Source: Pachysolen tannophilus NRRL Y-2460 (Eukaryota). From it: 64,000 nt of DNA. Each line of letters begins with the position of its first letter. Positions within the stretch are counted from its first letter, which is position 1. The notes below the pieces were generated by a model. It saw nothing but the letters and a program-made list of their open reading frames with translations. It had not been told where the DNA came from and ran no database searches. This document shows positions 21,901-28,469 of the stretch, piece by piece. The stretch covers positions 1,962,041 through 2,026,040 of the forward strand of contig KV454011.1 in the NCBI GenBank assembly GCA_001661245.1, written 5' to 3'. Both the position numbers and the translations under genes were made by a program.

Positions 21901-22547
21901 CTTCGGTTTTAATATTTGAGAATTCTCCGGGAATTAAATCAGTAATGCTAGAGTTATTTGTAAATATTCCTCATGAAAAATTAGAAACAGAAAAGCCAAT
22001 CGAAAAGAAATACTTGTACTTTTTGTTATGTTGGTTTCACGCTGTTTTACAGGAAAGACTAAGATTTGTCCCGATTGGTTTTAACAAGTACTACGAGTTT
22101 AACAATACTGACTTTGAATTGGGGATAGCTACCATTGATAAGTGGGTTGCTGAGATTGCTAAAGGTAGAACCAATGTCGCACCAGAGCATTTACCATGGG
22201 AAGCATTACAAATCCTTATTAGTGAAATTGTGTATGGAGCTAAAGTTGACATTAAGGAAGATTTACAAATTTTGATCGAACTATCAAGGAAAATTTTTAG
22301 ATTAGAATCTTTTGATAATGGCTTTAACATCATTGAGTACGATGAGATAACCTCATTAGATAAGTTGTTTCCACCAGAGATTAAAAGTGTGAAGAACCTT
22401 TCTGATTGGATTCGTAACGAGCTCCCAGATATGCAACCACCTACGTGGTTAGGTTTGAATAATGATGTCGAACTCAAAATAAAAGCTGAAAAGGGCAGAC
22501 AAGTGGCCTCTACAGTTTCTACTCTATTAGAGCAGTTTATTGCCTAA
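9933..22547 (+). CDS. DYN1: Cytoplasmic dynein heavy chain (4204 aa)
   Basis: Four P-loops (GPAGTGKT, GEAGVGKS, GPPGSGKT, GTSTSGKT), WGCFDEFNRL, FPRFYFVGNEDLLEIIGN, stalk ANRASKACGPLLQWV. Ends after AAA6 like yeast Dyn1. First ATG at 9933. Confidence 0.98.
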   Translation: MSSTIELNHLIDFIFSVSNTLQSSKKEDIIYFKEKAVLQLYLNFINDLSSSSLFISKKIKHDDKEGEKGIRNEFEFLIMESLLQDFHGIVSTIAIIKPKGSLSSEIPLEAQLQVFNLQHNEKEKNTFETLRALISNGISPYFDSLTNKVSDDNGNSGNVGEYSSIEITKKKLYELVTLLGNSQHNIQTPNLLMSVNPIIKKSIENYGNDAIEHIESQNLLTDSSFLNELQNSVNTWIKLCQEVTHLNHDPASGTAADEISFWISLEKALLSIQEQLSSAEVSLTLDVLKKAKRFHATVSFLSDTGINEALLRAQKYNQLLKDFPLDEILSLTSFSKLEEAVILVFNHLKKLRVTEYPISRVLPFVELISVEVEIRLRAILKEYDLLALPYNEFNDIMNKINLCFNTYDEQLKEFISLARELSRKRSEKLILVRINSKTDTLKEKIYQINSFRKSHEELKTTIHLLNNEELNDLLSYAYESIKVIDIYDQNKWNSAETIYNERLAKIEAIVIKMLKDSLSNCKNANEMFGIFEKFSTLLAKPNIRNSVQEYQSQLLEIIKSEIQNLSSQLIQQKEISKLFNLRDLPPVTSMIIWAKQVEKNLNFFSDKLQLVLGDDWKQYPEGQKLYAELSVFKNKLDVQPLYESWLKDSLHMGNNSENLKIFKIIKVNNNNNNVKSDQKFFEIVINFDYSIIDLFKEVKHLSFLKFNVPHSISLKSRNIRKVYPKIISLSETLSLWNLALQEVDKLSDLKMLMDPDKERIIELISGLVDIEWGTLIKAQDIGEVDDELDGSQSFMKDLYEMKVWNNVNHLEEVTLVFYANLEFLNKTKASLIQLFEQLAIIKYDFDEFSNLISEVQKIVDEIILKGFTNVGNLVSVINEKLSQILTNKCIKELDLWYNSVNFDNSDDLSDDFDNEKSRFVSYLKFEMIVKDQTIMISPMIESAKVSWLLGLQKLVKVILDQKKITSERFDVFQVNAVNANSKIKIDETQKLETFSSIIFFILRDIERCLNLVDFKFKKISKYLEDCFKFQSLWELQIEDVVVFLGEDVESWILLLNELKESRDAFDTVETSKSFGYITIDYEHIQFKVTAKYDIWQRQIALKFSEVLNLSMKNFHSAVLNSRKSLEKLDYKDSIQDTISLISNINRIQLNLPYFEARLKLIEQAELLLVKNRFRFGSDWLTSEQVHDDFFSLIEIFDKRSKLIEGKRDSIISKINSESLKIEDSISTLLFDWSTAKPVSGNIAPAEALKILVTFENKLISLKKSKDDLVSSSKILGIDLKLVSSVESTLEEISDLKNVWNSINELWETLLNFKTQKWIEISPLSLHRQLDDLLSKSRSMPLRIRQYTAFEGAQDIIKNYIKANTLVTDLKSAMKLRHWQNLFKSLNKKFVFTSMEEMTLGDIWDLDILANEGLFKNMIIQAYGEKSIEDKLNDIKETWKNTTFDLFNYHDKCRLVKNWDVLFQICEDNLNSLTTMRHSPYYLLFEQEASLLEEQLNKMFSLLDIWIEVQKEFVYIDGVFGGNSDVRKLLPLETSRFSNISSEFFLILKSVYKSAIAIDSLTVSDIHRSMERTLDVLIKIRRSLSDYLEQQRDNFPRFYFVGNEDLLEIIGNSNDLPIILKHFKKMFAGIADASVKKETGEITHIISEEGEHIELFNSVQLKESPPLHEWLAELELETKITLSKLLENSINEFSNILGNDFEMESLVSWMDSYPSQICIVTSQVCWTKLIELEILGSSNLDAVKSNIMKLLKFLAKLVNQDQSLIKRRKFENLIIEFIHQKDIITLLVAKGVNSIDNYSWRSQLTFYYDSENPDYLSRLIVRQANSSTKYGFEYLGVPARLAYTPLIDKCILAMTQALNERKGGSPFGPAGTGKTETIKFLSQNLGKMVYIFNFDESFQFSSISRILLGICQVGAWGCFDEFNRLDEKMLSAVSTQIEKIELGLSFQTSSNKIELLGKQTLVHPESGIFVTMNPGYAGRSTLPENLKKLFRSFSMNKPDREVIAEVVLNSQGFTTAASLAKKIVPFFSQLEEKTSRQTHYDFGVRALKSTLIHCGINNRKTIDTNLGVDELLIVLKSLEETIRPKLTSADEKIFTKLEDEFFGLSYQLDSQEELISCLKTVSQVSGITLSSEFIKKVIQLYQIQSTHHGIMLVGEAGVGKSTIWKTLLSALDRIEDCESIRYIIDCKVITKDKIYGSLDPITRDWTDGIFTHILRRIAENLRGESSRRTWIIFDGDIDPEWVESLNSVLDDNKILTLPNGERISLPPNVRLIFEVDTLRYATPATVSRCGIVFIGNPVVNETELLSKLVFDFGSRDGFDEDSSNLSFQNLQKSYSQCILNILKPTVLSEIILKGSTLVHYMDYNVVHTLTMFQMMSRVFLDKILSSGYFDIVTEFTTKAVLLSLAWAFAGDSSTEDREMFSSFLLDMFNENIPGGTLFDYTINLPNCDFVTFFVPEISLEKQELLKPDLLIPTTDTVKHEELIYSIIHQHKTLIMCGPPGSGKTMTLFAALRKSPDLVFVDINFSKETTPELLLKTLEQYCDYKKLLSGTILAPKIPGKWLVIFADELNLPKVDKFNSQKVISFMRELVERGGFYKSNQWIHLKNVQFVGACNPPSDPGRHLLSMRFLRNTMVISVNYPNKKSLCQIYNTLMTSIFRGSKLIQYATFFSSSIIDIYLNLKSKFTEEIFSPRDITRVIKSFFVYLEDASDLEKALRILLFNLLRVFSDRMSKEIDRIEIFEIYKTALESHFPNISPEVFKQPLLYSNWFSMGYEEVKYAEFRSFVSERLRIFCEEETDVPLVLYDELLDHVLRIDRVLRQPQGHMILIGTSTSGKTTLAKFVSWVNGLKTYKLLTNRKFSLEDFDQELRDVLVRVTIKNEKLCFIVDESNILETAFLERMNNLLSNCEIPGLFDEEEIKVMTNRLGLEESEFTNFFKNKISENLHVIFTISDSDDIHSPRILSSPALLNRCAVNWMGDWSNKTLYQVATSLIHNLPVDMPNYSEPASFEKCITQSIQSYGDVVVDSLVFIHRLKVNNCDRFFQSPGTFLDFTNHFSRIFMQKEEELQNHQKHINVGLDKLRDAVLAVRDLKEMLSSQKADLETKDKEARSMLNKMLSEQNEAERKEEASIEIQTALEEQEKEVTKRRAIVMEDLALAEPAVLEAQRGVKNIKKEHLNELKAMRTPPEAVVLTLKSVCDLIGYNPETWRDIQSIIRSDSFIVDIVNFDNERQCTQDVINYMHEKYLSRPDYNYTTANRASKACGPLLQWVEAQIRYASILEKVGPLRDEVHTLENEAKQTKVKLNAVDEMIRDLRNSIEHYKDDYSSLIRETEQIKTAMSTVVQKVRRSEKLIEDLTGERERWRASVKEFHLQRKCLVGNSLLSAAFLSYCGYYDQKTRFNLLRIWKSKLMSSGIAVDENYVTTNYLSTPSNIIKWEENGTPNDDLFIENMIMLTHSQRFPYIIDPSGKMLEILTAEILPRKLIITSFLDDGFVKKLENALRFGSSILIQDAEKYDPIISQILSKEVHRTGGRTLMCLGKQEIDCTDGFKLYLYTRDPSVKIPPFVSSRTTTINFTVTASSLEAHSLNMTLKKENPEIEEQRLELIKIQGEYKVHLRKLEDQLLKSLTDSNGNILDNDEIINTLEILKHDSTDISKKMEETSHIMEKMDSILVQYYPLASSCSSLYIMLDSFKNANRFYQFSLGYFVELLTCVLNSERNLDPRHNKVDDLVKKLYQEVYSRTALSLLHEDRVILCLTMFALYFNFKHNVSLLPIVIAILRTISKKDLNVEDLIRITNLMEIKVDHELLESCYNDWSEESFKTLIKNVKDYDFIIPLLKSSFKIKNASNECLSVFTEVSKFFLENSNSPYGSKYSLSDVVLFNNEHSSKPIVLCSPEGYDATFKVESIKQEFCIDKLVVIAMGSNEAIEIADKEINKAAKEGYWVLIQNVQMSNNWLEYLQKNLESLVLPHRNFRLFLTCSLASKLPITLLRESSVLIFENSPGIKSVMLELFVNIPHEKLETEKPIEKKYLYFLLCWFHAVLQERLRFVPIGFNKYYEFNNTDFELGIATIDKWVAEIAKGRTNVAPEHLPWEALQILISEIVYGAKVDIKEDLQILIELSRKIFRLESFDNGFNIIEYDEITSLDKLFPPEIKSVKNLSDWIRNELPDMQPPTWLGLNNDVELKIKAEKGRQVASTVSTLLEQFIA

Positions 22548-23081
22548 ATAGAAATGCTATTATTGATATCGTCGCTGTTGTTGTCGTTCTTAAATTTATA
22601 GATTTTATAATAATAAAAGTAGTGCGTAATATATCATACGTCTAAATTGGTAAACTGTTGATGTTGAAAAATCTTACTATAAGATTAATTAGACTAAGAG
22701 AATAATAGAATATCTTTCCAAACTCATAATATAGATCAGAAATAGATCAGAAAAAAATCATCCGAAAAGCTTCTGAAGCTGTTCACAAAGGGCTTGTATA
22801 TAATAAGAACAGTTTGCATTATCTCAGGGTTTAATTTTGGCTTGAGTAGAATCATATTCGCTATTACAAAATTTTTTTGCATATTCATGAAAACATCATT
22901 CGTATATTTAAAGATTATTGAGTTGATATAATTTTATGTTTTTCGTATGAAAAGAATTTGGATTGTCCAGTATTGACTTTATTTGGGTTACAATTACCAT
23001 AGTTTGACGATCATTTTGATGAAAACTCCATCTATGTCATTCTAAAACTCTGCAAAATAGAAAAGAATAAAAATTTAAATC

Positions 23082-25493
23082 ATGCGACGCTTGACACCTA
23101 TAAGCCGACATATAAGTCGAAATACACGTAACATCAAGGAAACTTTAATAAATTTTCAATATCAGACAGTATCAAGGCATTATGGTAGAAGGTCATATTC
23201 ATCGGTGTGCATTTTGAACTCTATAACGTCATCTACAAAGTTATCATCAAAGGTAAGATCCGGAGATGATGCTGAAACCGTTTATCGGTCAAACCATGTA
23301 AATAGTTATAACAATAGCAACAACAACAACAATAATAATAATTGTAATAATAATAGGGAAGGGAGATTGGAACATATAGGGGATAGCATTGAATTTGAAA
23401 ATAAGTTAACTAAAACTTTCTTGTTAAAAATCAGAGAACATAAGTACAATTCAGTCATAAGAATAATATATAAATATCATAAGAAACCATTTATAGAATC
23501 ATCCGATAACTTGGAATCGATAATACAGGAGTTGGTGAGTTTAAATCAGAAAAGATTAGCATTTGAGTTTATTAAGATACATGAAGAAATGATTATACGA
23601 AATGTACAATGTTTCAAACCAGATACACTAATTGTATTTTTAGAGTTGATTTATATATTTCAGCGATATGAAATGTTTGATAAGCTTTTCTCTTATTACA
23701 TCAATAATAGTGATTTGGATTTGAAAACTATTCAGAATGCCATTAGTTTCTATATAAAGACAGGTAGAATCGAGTTTGCAAAGCAGTTACTATATCAAAT
23801 GTCATTTTATTTCAATTCCAGAAAGGACAATAATCACGATAATACAGATGTGGAATTTCTATTATACTCCTACCTAACTTCATTGGAAAAATTCAGGGCC
23901 CCTTTGGTTTTATTTGAATTTGGATTTAACACTTGGAAAACCCAAAAATTATCTATTAACAATAAAAGTTATGCTTTAATGATGGATAAATATTATTTAT
24001 CGAAAAATAATGATAAGATTGAAAAATTTAAACGTTATCTACAAGAAATAAATAAAAATGATGTTATAGAGGTTCAACTAGTGAATTTTTATGAAATATT
24101 AAGAAATGGCAACTTGAGTGAGGAAGAACGTTATAAGATGATTTTAGAATGGAGAAACAATATCAACAGTCTTAATGATAGTGAAACGTTGACCTTGTTT
24201 TACAAAAAAATCATTGATATTGTTTCATTTGTATTTAAGGATATTGACATGATACGGGCGAAACTTTTACCCTTAATAAGTGCTGATAATTTGAATAATA
24301 CTGTATCGATTTATTTATCGATAAGTAATTATTATTTACATACTAGAGATTTTGATGGGTTGGTTGAACTATTCGACAAGGAAATAATAGAACAGAAATT
24401 ACCGTTCACTTATAGACATTTAAGAATGGTTTGGGAAACTTTTATGAATGCATATCCAGATTATGGCAAGCATATTGAAACAAAGGACCTTGTTGAAAAA
24501 TTTGTTAAATATGATTTGGCATTATCTAAGGCGTGGGTAAGACAATTTTTAAACAGTATCCAGATTGATAAGCATAGATATAATATAGAGTACGCTTTCG
24601 GTTTGAGAAATAAATCGAATAAAGATGTTGTTAAACTTATAAAGGATATTGACGAAATGGATAAGTTAACAGCCACTGAAAGAGTCTCTAAATTAATTCA
24701 AAAATCTTTGGAAAATGGAGTAAATATTCATTCTCAAAGTTTCATTTCCATACTTGAAAAATATTTGAAGCTATCTAATAATATAGATGAGGTAGGTTTA
24801 TCTGAAATCAACCAACAACTTGCAACGTTAAATCTTGAAGTAAGTAATCGTTTGAAATTAGCTTTTTTGAAAAAAAAATTAAGATTAATTGAAATTCGTA
24901 AATATGAGGTACAAGATCAGCATTTGGACACAAGAATATTACAGTCAAGAGTCATATCGAATTTTGTTGAAGATAACGTTGATGAAAGTTTTGTTAGGAA
25001 AGATTTTTCGGAGTTATGTGATATCTTAATTGATTTCAAATTCAACACGGAAGCTGAAGAAATTTTGAATAACAAATTGAAAAAGGAGAAAACAACGGCT
25101 GATACAGATTTGGGTTATGATCAAATGTTATTAAGCATTTTGGAGACAAAATTGTATTTTAATGATTTGAAAAAATTTATATTGAGTGTTGAACATTTTA
25201 AATCTGAGTTGTTGAGTGGCAAAGTATTTATTAGGAAATTTTATTTCCAACATTTGAAAGTATCAGAAAAGAAATTCAAACTGAAATTCTTTCAAGAACT
25301 AAGAGAATTGAGTAAAAATGAAAACCAAAATGAAGCTTTTGAAAAGAAAAAATTAGTTTATGAGAATTTTTTACATTATTTCCATAATTTTATTAAACTT
25401 TGTGTTCAAAATTATGCTGAAAGAAGAACTCTTGAAAGAAGAAAGTTTTATCAAATTTTTAACCGATATTTGAAACGGGTTGTTGAAGAATGA
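23082..25493 (+). CDS. PET111: Mitochondrial helical-repeat (PPR-like) protein, probable COX2 translational activator Pet111
   Basis: 803 aa, Arg/Ser-rich acid-poor presequence-like N-terminus, PPR-like helices (NNKSYALMMDKY). Size and position beside ROY1 and COX7 match S. cerevisiae YMR256C-257C-258C. The name rests mainly on synteny. Confidence 0.6.
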   Translation: MRRLTPISRHISRNTRNIKETLINFQYQTVSRHYGRRSYSSVCILNSITSSTKLSSKVRSGDDAETVYRSNHVNSYNNSNNNNNNNNCNNNREGRLEHIGDSIEFENKLTKTFLLKIREHKYNSVIRIIYKYHKKPFIESSDNLESIIQELVSLNQKRLAFEFIKIHEEMIIRNVQCFKPDTLIVFLELIYIFQRYEMFDKLFSYYINNSDLDLKTIQNAISFYIKTGRIEFAKQLLYQMSFYFNSRKDNNHDNTDVEFLLYSYLTSLEKFRAPLVLFEFGFNTWKTQKLSINNKSYALMMDKYYLSKNNDKIEKFKRYLQEINKNDVIEVQLVNFYEILRNGNLSEEERYKMILEWRNNINSLNDSETLTLFYKKIIDIVSFVFKDIDMIRAKLLPLISADNLNNTVSIYLSISNYYLHTRDFDGLVELFDKEIIEQKLPFTYRHLRMVWETFMNAYPDYGKHIETKDLVEKFVKYDLALSKAWVRQFLNSIQIDKHRYNIEYAFGLRNKSNKDVVKLIKDIDEMDKLTATERVSKLIQKSLENGVNIHSQSFISILEKYLKLSNNIDEVGLSEINQQLATLNLEVSNRLKLAFLKKKLRLIEIRKYEVQDQHLDTRILQSRVISNFVEDNVDESFVRKDFSELCDILIDFKFNTEAEEILNNKLKKEKTTADTDLGYDQMLLSILETKLYFNDLKKFILSVEHFKSELLSGKVFIRKFYFQHLKVSEKKFKLKFFQELRELSKNENQNEAFEKKKLVYENFLHYFHNFIKLCVQNYAERRTLERRKFYQIFNRYLKRVVEE

Positions 25494-25607
25494 TTACAGA
25501 TGGGTAGAAAGAATAAATGTAATATATAGAATGAGTGTAATAAATTGAAATATATATCTATATATATCTATCTATGTATTTTCTAAAAAATCTACATTAA
25601 CGTCATG

Positions 25608-27404
25608 CTATATATCATGAGGCCCAATAATATTTTTCTCACATCCTACATCATCAAAAACATTAATGATTTTTCTTTCACTGTTAATTTTGTAAAAAAC
25701 TCCTCCTAATATACAAGTCTTTAACTTTGGTAATAAGTCAACACAATTATCCACATATGCTTCCATGAAATGTGACATCACTTTAACCAAAGCTTCAAAA
25801 GCGGATTGGTTAAACTTGCATACGAAATCTTCATCATATTCGTAGTGATGTTCAAACTTAGTTGTTTTCTTGCTGCCAGTATTATGAAAATCCCATGATT
25901 TAGAAAAAAAGGGATACGACAAGCATTGTAAATTTGAACAATTTTGTTCCAAGTTGTCATAATTCAATAACCTTTGGTTCAAATAATTTGCTGCAATACT
26001 GAAGAACCTTGGTGAAATCACATCTTTCATTAGTCCAGTGGCTTCATCGTAATAGCAATGATTCATTATGAAAGTATCAAAAATTGATAAATGAACTTCA
26101 CAAAACTCACACCTGCACCCGTTCCACAATAGCTCCGAGGTTATTACTTCATAACATGAACATGAATTCATAAAACTTGGCGATATTAAAGTTTTCAAAT
26201 TTTGTAAAATTGGTAAAAACTTTGAATATAATTTTTTCCTTCTTAAAAAATTTCCCTCCACGTTATTTTCAATGTTTCCATCAGTTGGAGGGTTATGATG
26301 AATAATCAATGTTTCCAAATTAGACGATATTTTAGGATCAAGATTATAAATAAATCTACCCAAATTGATATCAAATTTTTCAATAAAACTATGATCTTTA
26401 TGTAATGTCTTTTCAATAAAAGATAAAATTTTTAAATTAGTAGAAAAGTTTGAATTTTTCTCTTTTAAATTAGTTAATCCACTTAATTCATCAACAAACT
26501 CTGTGAGACAACTACAATTCAAATCATAATCACAGCCCATTGTTATTTCTAAACTTTTCAAAATAGACAAATCCACGTATTTAAAAAGAAAATCGCTCAT
26601 TAAATTTCTCAAATGCAAATTATAATCATTGAAGCCGTGATAGTAAATGAATTTCAAAGATTTAAATTGAAATAATTTCCCATTAGGTGGTTTTAAGAAT
26701 TCAATAATAAATTTCAAAAAATTCAAAGTCGATAATTCATCAAATGATAAATATAAAGAATCTAATCCAAATAATATTTTTAAACAATAATCTTTATCAA
26801 CAGCCAAGTCTGTAACCACTTTAATTTCATCTTTAAATGAATCTTGAAAATTTATTGTTAAATTCTTAACTGACAAAGGTAATTTCGATAATTCATAACA
26901 ATGATTGATCATGCATGTAGTAAGACTGTGGAAAGAATTGGGAAAACTTAAATTAAAATTATTGTTAAAATTTAAATATGTTTGCAAATTGATACTCTTA
27001 GCTTGTAACAAGTTCGCTAACTCCACATTAACATTTTCATAGTTGAATATCACAACCTTCTCCACATATGGTAGAATCTCCTCGTTTACTTTTAAAGACT
27101 GGAGTAAGATATCTTGTCTTGTCTTGAAAATCAAATCATTCAATCTTTTATCAGCCAATATATTTGACGACCCACTCACAATAGTATATTTACAACAATC
27201 ATAATCATCCGCCAAGAACCCATTACAATCAGACTTAAATAACAAGTTCTGGTACAACAGCGGCAAAACCAATGTGTACAACTTATAATTCGTTTGTAAC
27301 AACTGGAATTTGCTCTGTTGAGCCAACCTTTTAATAATCTTAGAAATTATATCATCAGGTAGACTCTCAAAGTTAACCGCCTTTACCTTTTTAACAGCGA
27401 CCAT
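25608..27404 (-). CDS. ROY1: F-box protein Roy1-like
   Basis: N-terminal F-box (FESLPDDIISKII). C-terminal LLWNGCRCEFC...FDTFIMNH and CKFNQSAFE...SHF...LPKLKTCILGG resemble Ymr258c. First ATG at 27404. Confidence 0.82.
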   Translation of the reverse strand: MVAVKKVKAVNFESLPDDIISKIIKRLAQQSKFQLLQTNYKLYTLVLPLLYQNLLFKSDCNGFLADDYDCCKYTIVSGSSNILADKRLNDLIFKTRQDILLQSLKVNEEILPYVEKVVIFNYENVNVELANLLQAKSINLQTYLNFNNNFNLSFPNSFHSLTTCMINHCYELSKLPLSVKNLTINFQDSFKDEIKVVTDLAVDKDYCLKILFGLDSLYLSFDELSTLNFLKFIIEFLKPPNGKLFQFKSLKFIYYHGFNDYNLHLRNLMSDFLFKYVDLSILKSLEITMGCDYDLNCSCLTEFVDELSGLTNLKEKNSNFSTNLKILSFIEKTLHKDHSFIEKFDINLGRFIYNLDPKISSNLETLIIHHNPPTDGNIENNVEGNFLRRKKLYSKFLPILQNLKTLISPSFMNSCSCYEVITSELLWNGCRCEFCEVHLSIFDTFIMNHCYYDEATGLMKDVISPRFFSIAANYLNQRLLNYDNLEQNCSNLQCLSYPFFSKSWDFHNTGSKKTTKFEHHYEYDEDFVCKFNQSAFEALVKVMSHFMEAYVDNCVDLLPKLKTCILGGVFYKINSERKIINVFDDVGCEKNIIGPHDI

Positions 27405-27906
27405 CAAACTAAAAGAAAAAAACAAAAACTCCAGGGCGAAATCTGCTATTTAAATGTAATTTCTTTTTTTAATTTCTTCAATTAAAAAGAAAAAAAAATA
27501 GCGCATTTAGCTTTTTAAACACATTTCTTTGTTTTTTTTTTAAATCTTTGATTTATAACAAGTAATATCACATTCACAATGTTGTATCCAACCTAGCTTT
27601 GCATTTTTTTTTTTTTTTTTTGTTGGGAATCAAAATGCACACGAAATTACATAATATCTATACCGTTAGTAGTGTATGAGAGTACTAAAATATTTTGGGG
27701 TAGTTCACTTAGGCTCAAAAAGGCTTTTTTTGGAAATTGGTAATCTTTTCAACAAATTTAATTGGCTCTTAGAATTTTGATTGGTACACTGAGGAAAGAA
27801 GAAAAATAAGAGTAAAAAAAAAAAAAAAAAAAAAAAACATCTAACCATTTTACTTGAAGTCAAGTAGTTTGAAGTTTATTTATACAAAGCATCAAGTATT
27901 TACAAA

Positions 27907-27994
27907 GTAAGTTTCGATTTAGATATAGGTTAATAAATTGATTTATATTATCTGCTATAGAGTTTGAAGACTAACTGTGACTGAGGGGAAATAG
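27907..27994 (+). other. Probable 88-nt 5'-UTR intron of COX7
   Basis: GTAAGT at 27907, GACTAAC at 27969..27975, TAG ending 27994 with 6 nt before the ATG at 28001. No ATG in the 66 nt before the donor. Confidence 0.7.
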
Positions 27995-28000
27995 TTGAAA

Positions 28001-28186
28001 ATGCCATCATCTGAGAAAATCATTGAATTACAAAAATTGTACCAATCATCCAAGAAGCCATTATGGATGATTCATCCAAGATCTAAGTTTTATGTTTACC
28101 CATACTATTTGACTTTGGGTTTAACAGTTGGTGTTTCGTTGTACTACACAGGCAGAGCTTTGTTGGGTATTAAAGCATCAAAATAG
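28001..28186 (+). CDS. COX7: Cytochrome c oxidase subunit VII
   Basis: 61 aa; KIIELQKLYQSSKKPLWMIHPRS...YPYY...TM...GIKA matches yeast Cox7. Confidence 0.92.
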   Translation: MPSSEKIIELQKLYQSSKKPLWMIHPRSKFYVYPYYLTLGLTVGVSLYYTGRALLGIKASK

Positions 28187-28469
28187 GTTACGAGCTAGAT
28201 TAATTACTATTATTATCATATTACAAAAGACATTAGTGACTTTAGTGGTTTAAAAACCGCTGTATTTATAATTTATTTTCATTTTTTTTTTCTCTTTTCT
28301 GTTTAATTTTTTCGTTTATTATTTTATTTTGCCATGTTCTTACTCTTTGTGAAGTTGAAGTGCTTATATTTAAAGTCGACAAAAGAATAAATTATAGAAA
28401 CAAAAGAATGTTTAAACGTATATATATGCATCATATATATATATATGAATATTATTGTCTTTTTGTAGA

